Part shown: positions 48,492 to 56,213 of the stretch, piece after piece
Layout: each line of letters starts with the position of its first letter
Numbering within the stretch: position 1 is the stretch's first letter
Source: Candidatus Woesearchaeota archaeon
GTDB lineage: Archaea; Nanobdellota; Nanobdellia; Pacearchaeales; GW2011-AR1
NCBI GenBank assembly: GCA_964551115.1
Contig: CAZKBE010000001.1
Coordinates: 866-64,865 of the forward strand
DNA length: 64,000 nucleotides
Reading direction: 5' to 3'
Program-made: the position numbers and the translations under genes
The notes under the pieces: model-generated
Told to the model about the DNA's origin: nothing
Database searches by the model: none
Seen by the model: only the letters and a program-made list of their open reading frames with translations

Positions 48492-49988
48492 TTAGTTAAT
48501 CCATATACAGGCATTATATATCGTTTCCCTTAGTTTATTTTGGCTAAATCTTGTTGATATAATTATACAAGGATTAACAACAAGGGGTTTGTCCAAACCG
48601 TGCCTTTTTGCGCATGTTTCATTGTTCAAACTTTCTTTTCCTAGAAGGACCCATTTTTCTTCTTCGATTAAATGATAGTATTTGTCAATGTCAGACATAT
48701 TAAATCTATCATCTAACGTAGTATATCCCTTAAATATTAGGACAGATTCATTATTTTTAATTGAGTAATCTATATTTTCTAAAAAGAATACATTACCTAT
48801 ATAATAATTAACTGGGACCCAATAATTTGATACAATTTTACATTCTAAAAGTCCATTGGACCTTATTATCTCTGAAGATTCATAAAATATTTTATTTGAC
48901 TGATTTGTATTTATTTGAGAAGCTAATAGAATGATTATTGTAGTAATAAATATGCTAAATAATAAAACTAATATATATTTTTTTATATTTTTATTATTCT
49001 TTACTATCCAAAATATCCCTATTAGCGAGAAGAAAGCAATAGGGGTTATCATGTTAAACGCATAACGATCTATTTTAAAGGGTATTTTATATAACTCAAA
49101 AATTAACATTCCATAGATAGCAATGAAAAGAAGAGTTGTCTTCTGTTTAAATTCTTTTGAAATTAAAATGGCGAATAACCCTATAATTAACAGGGGTAGT
49201 AAGTATCCTATGGGGTTTATGATATTTAGAAAGTTAAATCTTTCTATCATCCCTTGTCTAGATAATATATTTAGATAATATGAATCGACTATGCTGGTAA
49301 ATAGATTTCCCCACTTATATTTATTAAAAATGAGCCAAGGAAGAATAGTTATAATAAATAAGGAAAGATTTTTTAGTACTTTTTTATAATCCTTATTAAT
49401 TAATAGGAATATTCCAAAAATTAGAAAATTATATCTAGATAAGAATGCCAGGCCTAAGTATTGGCCGCTAGGTTTATCCAGAATAAGATAGGCTATAAAC
49501 AATTGGAAGAATGCAAGCCCAAGTAGTTCTGTTCCTTCTGTTAGCCCAAATAATAATGTAAAGGGGGTTAGAACTAATAGATAAAAAAAGATTCTTGTTA
49601 TTTCCTTACTAATCCTTTTTTTTTGTAGATAGTTTGTATGTATGGAATCTGCTAGTTTTATTGTGCTAATAAAAAATACACTAGAAACAAATACGATATA
49701 TACATATGGGCCAATATTTCCAAGAAATAGGAAGATTCCTAGTAAAACACTTATTAATGGGGCTCTATATACCTCAAAGTAATCCTCTCCGTGAAACAGA
49801 TATTTAGCATTAATTAAGTATGCTGAAAAATCCCAAGATAAAAAAGTTTTGTGTTGTAATAAGAAGAATATTGTAGATAGGAAGAATAGAAGCATAATCG
49901 TTCTATTTAATTTTAAATAATTAAATTGTCTTTTTATATTGTCTTTATATATTTCTCTTAATTTCTTCCACATTTTGGATATTTTCAA
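48492..49988 (-). CDS. Polytopic GT-C-fold glycosyltransferase (PMT/ArnT-like); start uncertain
   Basis: SWDFSAY, YRAPL, TE, LAFLSRY, DRY; about 11 TM segments. Confidence 0.7.
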   Translation of the reverse strand: MKISKMWKKLREIYKDNIKRQFNYLKLNRTIMLLFFLSTIFFLLQHKTFLSWDFSAYLINAKYLFHGEDYFEVYRAPLISVLLGIFLFLGNIGPYVYIVFVSSVFFISTIKLADSIHTNYLQKKRISKEITRIFFYLLVLTPFTLLFGLTEGTELLGLAFFQLFIAYLILDKPSGQYLGLAFLSRYNFLIFGIFLLINKDYKKVLKNLSLFIITILPWLIFNKYKWGNLFTSIVDSYYLNILSRQGMIERFNFLNIINPIGYLLPLLIIGLFAILISKEFKQKTTLLFIAIYGMLIFELYKIPFKIDRYAFNMITPIAFFSLIGIFWIVKNNKNIKKYILVLLFSIFITTIIILLASQINTNQSNKIFYESSEIIRSNGLLECKIVSNYWVPVNYYIGNVFFLENIDYSIKNNESVLIFKGYTTLDDRFNMSDIDKYYHLIEEEKWVLLGKESLNNETCAKRHGLDKPLVVNPCIIISTRFSQNKLRETIYNACIWIN

Positions 49989-50568
49989 TTTTTACTTCCT
50001 CATTTATGATAATTGTATTTGGTTGAGAAACATTGTATTTATTTTTTATTAAGTCTAATGTTGAAGAGTCTAGGTCAAAATCAAATGAGTAGACCATTAT
50101 TTCGTTTTGTTTTTTGATAGAGCTAATCATCATTCCTATTTCTTCAGCATTTTTTACATAGGTATCTTTATTTGAATAAAAGAAAAGGATCGTTTTGATA
50201 TCTAGACTACATTTTTCTATGTTTTCTTTAATTATTAGAAAGTGTTGGGCTTGTATTAGAGTATATATTTTCTTTTGTTCAATGACCTTTAGATCTTCTT
50301 TTCCAAATCTTAATTCTAGCGCTTCTGTTATGCTACCAGAATAATCCATTTCCCTTGCAAAAATGTATGGATCAAATTTTTCACAATCAATTAATTTTTT
50401 TTGAATGTCTAATTCTAGAAGATTGTATCTTAGTCTTTCTTGACTTGCAGATATGGCCCTATATTGGTAAGAACTGATAAGATAGCTCATAAAAAACCCC
50501 GATGTAAATAGTATTGTGGCAATTATAAAAGCTAGTATAATTCTCCCTAAAAATAGTTTTCTTTCCAT
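49945..50568 (-). CDS. Membrane-anchored hypothetical protein with thioredoxin-like C-terminus
   Basis: N-terminal TM; ILFFYS...VYSFD...KYNV..PNTIIIN; no CxxC. Confidence 0.7.
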   Translation of the reverse strand: MERKLFLGRIILAFIIATILFTSGFFMSYLISSYQYRAISASQERLRYNLLELDIQKKLIDCEKFDPYIFAREMDYSGSITEALELRFGKEDLKVIEQKKIYTLIQAQHFLIIKENIEKCSLDIKTILFFYSNKDTYVKNAEEIGMMISSIKKQNEIMVYSFDFDLDSSTLDLIKNKYNVSQPNTIIINEEVKIENIQNVEEIKRNI

Positions 50569-50598
50569 TTTATCTCATGTAATAAAATCTTTTTAAAT

Positions 50599-51840
50599 CT
50601 ATCTCCAAGAAACTTTTTTATTAAATAATGCATAGAAAAGAGATATTACCCACCAAAATGCGAATAAAATTGTGAAGAATGATAAGAATAATATTAGACT
50701 AAATCCAAAGTTAGAATGTTTTTTTATTTTAGTCTTTGCAAATATTAGAAATCCAACTAAAAAAAATGATAATCCAACAAAAAAGATAGTTAGTGGGTCA
50801 CTAAGGAATAAAAATACAAAGTGATATAGCGCATATTTGTTTAGTTCAACCAAACTTCCTACTTCAAAGTTAATTGCATTTAATAGTTCTATCTCTCTAT
50901 ATATATCAAAAATGGCTTTTATTAGCCCTCTTGAAACTAAAAGGATAGTAGTAATTATTGTTATTATCGCAGTGGGTAAAATAATTAATCCCATCGCACC
51001 ATATTTGTGACTAAATAGTTCTTTGTAATCTTTCAAATTTTTAAGAAGTCCGGCATACCATCTTCTTCTTTGGATCATTAATGCTTTAAATTTATTCGGG
51101 ACAACAGTATAAATAACTGCACTAGGTTCATTAACTATCCGGAAGTTATTATATTGGATCCTTAGAGCCATTTCCATATCTTCTGTTAGATTTGATTCAG
51201 GAAATAAGCCGTATTTATCAAAGAAAGATTTTCGATAAGCTGAGAATGCTCCTGGAGTTATGTGGATCGCATTTAGTGTTGCAAAACTCTTTCTTAAAAA
51301 AATTCCAAAAAGATATTCTATTTGTTGAACTCTTTGGAGAATTCCGCGAGGATTATAAACTACCATAGAAGGGGATACGCAGATGACTTCTTTATCGAAA
51401 AAATGGGGGATCATTTTTATTAAAGCATCTGTTTCTACGATTGTATTGTCTGCATCCATTGTAATGATAAATTCCCCATTAGCTTTTTTTATAGCAAAGT
51501 TCATTGCACAACCCTTGCCAGAGTTTTTTTCTAATCTAAACACACGCACTTGTTTTGATTTATTTTCTAGTGCAATTTTATATGTTTTATCTCTACTTCC
51601 ATCATCTACCACTATTATTTCTAGTCTATCTTTCGGATAGTTTATGTTACATGCAGATTTAATTGTTTGAGCAATCCCTTTTTCTTCGTTATATGCAGGG
51701 ATTATTATTGAGACCATTGGTGCTTTCTTTTCATCAAAGAGGGGTATTTTTATCTTTTTTTCAGCAAGAATGCTTAATATGTAAAAAATAGATAAAAATA
51801 GTCCAATATATATAGAGAAATACACAAGGTAATTCATCAT
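50599..51840 (-). CDS. Glycosyltransferase family 2 (processive)
   Basis: IIPAYNEE, VDDGSRD, MDAD, LTEDME, QRRRW. Confidence 0.93.
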   Translation of the reverse strand: MMNYLVYFSIYIGLFLSIFYILSILAEKKIKIPLFDEKKAPMVSIIIPAYNEEKGIAQTIKSACNINYPKDRLEIIVVDDGSRDKTYKIALENKSKQVRVFRLEKNSGKGCAMNFAIKKANGEFIITMDADNTIVETDALIKMIPHFFDKEVICVSPSMVVYNPRGILQRVQQIEYLFGIFLRKSFATLNAIHITPGAFSAYRKSFFDKYGLFPESNLTEDMEMALRIQYNNFRIVNEPSAVIYTVVPNKFKALMIQRRRWYAGLLKNLKDYKELFSHKYGAMGLIILPTAIITIITTILLVSRGLIKAIFDIYREIELLNAINFEVGSLVELNKYALYHFVFLFLSDPLTIFFVGLSFFLVGFLIFAKTKIKKHSNFGFSLILFLSFFTILFAFWWVISLFYALFNKKVSWR

Positions 51841-52424
51841 GCTCTTTCCTCTTCTTTTTCTATTTCTTTAATCTCTCCTTTTTCTCCTTTTTGCACATAA
51901 AAATATTCATAGAAGTCTTCAGATAGGGTTAGAATATTTGTATGTCCCTCTTTTTTAGAGATTACTAGTCCGGTTTCAATAAATTTATGTATATGGTCAT
52001 ATGCTTTATTCCCTCTTATCTTTATAACTACTGATTGTTTTATTGGTTGTTTGTATGCAATAACTGCCAGAGTTTCTTGTTCTGCTTTTGTAAATTCTGC
52101 TGAACCTGTAGCTAACTTATTTACAATTGGGTGATATTTTTCTGCAACGTCCATTTTCCAAGAATTGTTTCTATTAATCATTCTTATTGCCCCTTGAGAA
52201 TACTTTTTTTCAAGTTGATAGAGTATTTCTTTTAGCATAAGAGGATTAACATCGGTTAACATAACAAGTTCTTGTAGATTCAAGAATCTTCCTGCAATGA
52301 AGCATGCTGCTTCAACCTTTTCTTGAGCTTCTAATTCCTTGTCATCAAATAAAGAATCCATTTCTTCTGCTGTTTCTTCAGTAATAATGGGCGAATTTTT
52401 AGGGTTTGTTTCTTTTTCTTCCAT
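51837..52424 (-). CDS. scpB: Segregation and condensation protein B
   Basis: VEAACF, ETLAVIAYKQPI, IRG..AYDH...F.E.GL. Confidence 0.92.
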   Translation of the reverse strand: MEEKETNPKNSPIITEETAEEMDSLFDDKELEAQEKVEAACFIAGRFLNLQELVMLTDVNPLMLKEILYQLEKKYSQGAIRMINRNNSWKMDVAEKYHPIVNKLATGSAEFTKAEQETLAVIAYKQPIKQSVVIKIRGNKAYDHIHKFIETGLVISKKEGHTNILTLSEDFYEYFYVQKGEKGEIKEIEKEEERA

Positions 52425-52490
52425 AGAATTTATATTAAATCTATATTTAAAAGGATTGAGTTTTGATTTGGTAGCTATCTTGGTTAGAAA

Positions 52491-53951
52491 TTATTCTACT
52501 TGCTCTTCAATTTTTTTGAATAAAACTTCTTGCTTTTTGATTTCTTTTGTTTTTATTTCTATATCTATATTTTTTAAGCTATTAATCCCTACTTCAAATC
52601 CGAAATTTTTAGCAATTCTTTCACAGCTTTCTGGCATAAATGGCCAAAGAACTATTGCTATTTGTTTGATAGAGTCTGCAACTTCATAAAGAATTTTATT
52701 GTCTTTTGTTTCCCAAGGTTTTTTATCTTGTAAGTATTCATTACAGACATCTATAAACGCAAATACTTCGTTTAAAATTTTATCTAATTCATAATTTTCG
52801 AACAGTTCTTTTATTTTTTCTAAATTAAATTTTTTATTTAGAGAATTAGGGCATTTTTCTAGGCCATATCTTTCAATTAAACCGGCAGTTCTAGATACCA
52901 AATTTCCCCATTTGTTTGCTAATTCATTATTATGTCTGTCTATTAGTGCTTTTTCAGAAAAGTCTCCATCTTCTCCTTCTGCAAAAGGGAATTGTCTGCA
53001 ACTAAAGTATCTTATGGTATCTGCACTATATTTTTCTGACAGATATATGGGTGAAATAGCATTTCCAAGGCTTTTACTTATCTTTTGTCCGTTAAAAGAT
53101 AGGAAGCCATGAATAAAAACTCTTTTCGGTAAATCATAGCCGGCTGATTTTAGAAATGCGGGCCAATATACTGCATGAAACCAGGCATTATCTTTTCCAA
53201 GTAAATGTACACTCGCTGGCCAATATTTTCCTTTTTGGCCTGCCCCCGTTAGGTAATTAAATAATGCATCAAACCAAACGTAAACTACATGTTTTTTATC
53301 TCCAGGGTATGGGATTCCCCAATTAAAACTAGTTCTTGAGATACTAAGGTCAGTTAATCCTTCTTTCACTCTGTTAATAATTTCTTTTTTTCGACTTTCT
53401 GGAAGGATTACTGCTGGGTCTTTTTTGTATAAGTCCAATAAAAAATCTTGGTACTTACTTAGTCTAAAAAAATAAGATTCCTCTTTCATTTTATTTAGTG
53501 GTTTTCTATGAAACGGGCAACAACCATCCACTAAATCTTTTTCAGTTAGGTAACCTTCGCAACCAACACAATAATATCCTTCATATTCTCCCAAGTAGAT
53601 GTCATCATTTTTTTCGCATTTTTTAATCATCTCTTGTACAAGTTTTTCGTGATCTTTATCTGTTGTTCTAATGAACCTATTATATTCTATATTAAGAGAT
53701 TTCCAGGCTTTTTGGAACTTTAATACTACTTCATCTACAAATTCTTGAGGTTGCATATTTGCTTTTTCTGCTGCTTCTTGAATCTTCTTTCCGTGTTCAT
53801 CTGTTCCAGTTAAGAAAAACACGTCTTCATTCAATACCTTGTGCCATCTAGCTAGAACGTCTGCAACAATTTTTTGGTACATGTGGCCTACATGGGGCTC
53901 TGCATTCGGATAATCGATTGCAGTGGTAACGTAAAATTTTTTCTTTTCCAT
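52491..53951 (-). CDS. metG: Methionine--tRNA ligase (short form)
   Basis: TTAIDYPN..PHVGH, FLTGTDEHG, YVWFDAL, KISKS. Confidence 0.97.
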   Translation of the reverse strand: MEKKKFYVTTAIDYPNAEPHVGHMYQKIVADVLARWHKVLNEDVFFLTGTDEHGKKIQEAAEKANMQPQEFVDEVVLKFQKAWKSLNIEYNRFIRTTDKDHEKLVQEMIKKCEKNDDIYLGEYEGYYCVGCEGYLTEKDLVDGCCPFHRKPLNKMKEESYFFRLSKYQDFLLDLYKKDPAVILPESRKKEIINRVKEGLTDLSISRTSFNWGIPYPGDKKHVVYVWFDALFNYLTGAGQKGKYWPASVHLLGKDNAWFHAVYWPAFLKSAGYDLPKRVFIHGFLSFNGQKISKSLGNAISPIYLSEKYSADTIRYFSCRQFPFAEGEDGDFSEKALIDRHNNELANKWGNLVSRTAGLIERYGLEKCPNSLNKKFNLEKIKELFENYELDKILNEVFAFIDVCNEYLQDKKPWETKDNKILYEVADSIKQIAIVLWPFMPESCERIAKNFGFEVGINSLKNIDIEIKTKEIKKQEVLFKKIEEQVE

Positions 53952-53982
53952 ATAAAAATTATAAAAAAGGAGTATAAAAATC

Positions 53983-55068
53983 TTATCTATTCTTTAGGGC
54001 GGAGAAATATTCCCTAATAATTGATTCTGTTTGTTCCCAAGATATGCAAGAATCTGTAATGGATACTCCATATTTCAGTTTAGTAATTTCAGATGGATTT
54101 TTCGGAAAATCTTGTTTCCCTTCATGAATATTAGACTCTAACATTATTCCTACTAAATCATTATTTCCTTCAAGTAATTGGGTTAAGACATTTCTAGCCA
54201 CTTTTATTTGATTCTCATGAACTTTTTGAGAATTTGCGTGACTACAGTCTACTACTATGTTTGGAATTAAATATTCTTCTTTCATCATTTTTATAGTTTC
54301 TTGCACCTTTTCAGGGTAATAATTTGGGTGGCCGTTTCCACCTCTTAAAACAACGTGACAATATTTATTCCCTTTTGTTTTAACATTTACAATCTGACCG
54401 TCTAAGTCTAATCCTGGAAAACAATGACTATATTTTGCAGAAACGCAGCCTTTAATTGCTGCATCAATATCTCCTGAAGTGTTATTTTTAATCCCTATTG
54501 GCATTGAAAGACCTGAAGCAAGTTCTCTATGTGGTTGGGATTCGGCAGTTCTAGCGCCTATCGCTCCCCAGGATATTAGGTCTGCAACATATTGTGGTAG
54601 GTCTGTTCTTAAAAATTCATTTGCACAGGGTAATCCTATCTCATTAATTTGTAGTAGTAGGTTTCTTGCAGTTTCTATTCCAATACTCACTTTACCCGAA
54701 TTGTCTAATAGGGGATCATATAATATGCCTTTCCAACCAATAGTCGATCTAGGTTTTTCTAAATATGTTCTCATTACTAAATAGATTTCATCTTCAACTT
54801 CCTTAGCAAGTTTTTTCAAATTTTTTGCATAATCCAATGCTTCGCTAGGGTTATGTATTGAGCAAGGACCGCAGAATATTAGTTTTCTTGAGTCTTCTCT
54901 ATCTAGTATTTCTTTTATAATTTTTCTAGACTCTAAAACGTTTTGTTTTGCAATCTCGGAGATAGGATATCTTCCTTTTATTTCTCTAGGACTGGGCAGT
55001 TTTTCAAATAACTCTATATTTCCATCTTCTAATATCTCTTCCATGCATTTTTTTCGTGTTGGTATCAT
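53983..55068 (-). CDS. DAHP synthase class I-alpha (AroF/G/H type)
   Basis: GPCSIH, MRTYLEKPRSTIGWKG, WGAIGARTAESQPHRELASGLS, HVVLRGG, DCSHANS, YGVSITDSC. Confidence 0.96.
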   Translation of the reverse strand: MIPTRKKCMEEILEDGNIELFEKLPSPREIKGRYPISEIAKQNVLESRKIIKEILDREDSRKLIFCGPCSIHNPSEALDYAKNLKKLAKEVEDEIYLVMRTYLEKPRSTIGWKGILYDPLLDNSGKVSIGIETARNLLLQINEIGLPCANEFLRTDLPQYVADLISWGAIGARTAESQPHRELASGLSMPIGIKNNTSGDIDAAIKGCVSAKYSHCFPGLDLDGQIVNVKTKGNKYCHVVLRGGNGHPNYYPEKVQETIKMMKEEYLIPNIVVDCSHANSQKVHENQIKVARNVLTQLLEGNNDLVGIMLESNIHEGKQDFPKNPSEITKLKYGVSITDSCISWEQTESIIREYFSALKNR

Positions 55069-55147
55069 TTTTAATGTTTATGCAAGGGAATTCTAGAAAT
55101 CTAAAGCTAAGAAGTATTACTTGAGAATCTAGAATTAACCCAGATTC

Positions 55148-55216
55148 TTATTTAAAATAAAAGAATGCAAAGCTAAGAGAATCATTCAAAGATCTGATTT
55201 TATTAACTTTTTGCAT
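55148..55216 (-). CDS. Putative Phe/Tyr-rich attenuation leader peptide (22 aa)
   Basis: MQKVNKIRSLNDSLSFAFFYFK*; 5 of the last 7 sense codons are Phe/Tyr; ATG about 29 nt from the start of TATA TTTATAAA (55238-55245); stop lies 79 nt upstream of the DAHP synthase start. Confidence 0.75.
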   Translation of the reverse strand: MQKVNKIRSLNDSLSFAFFYFK

Positions 55217-55248
55217 ATTTATATAAGAACAAGGGTGTTTATAAATCT

Positions 55249-55575
55249 TCACTTATTTGGAGAATAATCTTCAACTTTTATCAATTTGTGATCCCAAAGC
55301 CAAGTATAAGAATTTTTACTTTCTTTGATTAATTCATCTTGTCTATCTGAGAAAAAGTAAGATAGTTTGGATATTTTCAAACCAAGATATAAATTTATCA
55401 AAAGGAATAAAATCCCTAAAGGAGTTAAATAAAACACACTAAAATTTTTAACCATACAAGAATAATTACAAGAATTTATTGAATCTTCTTGAAGAAAAAT
55501 CATCGGTGCAAGAATTAACGTATATATTATAATAAGGATTAGCCCATAGAGCAGACCTTTTATTATGTGGCTCAT
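55249..55575 (-). CDS. Small membrane hypothetical protein
   Basis: Two TM segments, CxxxC loop, TATA upstream. Confidence 0.6.
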   Translation of the reverse strand: MSHIIKGLLYGLILIIIYTLILAPMIFLQEDSINSCNYSCMVKNFSVFYLTPLGILFLLINLYLGLKISKLSYFFSDRQDELIKESKNSYTWLWDHKLIKVEDYSPNK

Positions 55576-55625
55576 GAAAAATATATAAGGACCAACTTTA
55601 TAAATCTTACTTCACTTAATAGTAA

Positions 55626-56210
55626 ATGAGAGAATTTATTTATTATTCAAAAAATGCAGTTACTGCTGGGAACTTAATAAAAGACAATCTAATGCATGCA
55701 GGTAGGATGGATATAGTGTGTAATGTGATCATTTCTGCATTTTTTGTTTCTAATGATACTCGTTCTGACGTAAAGCTTCATTTGATATTTGAAGGTCCAC
55801 CAAATCCCCCCGTTCATTTAATGTTCGAATATAACCCTGAAATGCCTATTTCGAAAAAGGATGTTGCAGGTCTAATAAAAAGAATGTTGTATAAATGCCC
55901 CCAAGAAGCTGGTAAGATAAATGAAGTATTTCCTGGTTGTTTTGTAGAGAAAAAATCTTTTGAGGCTTTGATAAAAGAATTAGACTTGGGCGGTAAAAAT
56001 GTATTCTTGTTAGATGAACGTGGAAAAGATATTAGGGATTTAGAATTAAAGGGAAACGAGGTCTATATCATTGGGGATCAAGATGGTTTCCCGGTAAATA
56101 AGGCAAAATTTCTAAAACAAATTGATAAGATTTCTGTTTCTCCAAGAATTCTTTTTGCAAGTCAAGTTTTTACAATAATTCATAATGAAATTGATAGATT
56201 AAAGAATTAA
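55626..56210 (+). CDS. trmY: tRNA (pseudouridine54-N1)-methyltransferase (SPOUT)
   Basis: MREFI, AGRMDIVC, GPPNPP, LDERGKDI, IIGDQDG, ISVSP..LFAS...I.HNEID. Confidence 0.9.
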   Translation: MREFIYYSKNAVTAGNLIKDNLMHAGRMDIVCNVIISAFFVSNDTRSDVKLHLIFEGPPNPPVHLMFEYNPEMPISKKDVAGLIKRMLYKCPQEAGKINEVFPGCFVEKKSFEALIKELDLGGKNVFLLDERGKDIRDLELKGNEVYIIGDQDGFPVNKAKFLKQIDKISVSPRILFASQVFTIIHNEIDRLKN

Positions 56211-56213
56211 AAA

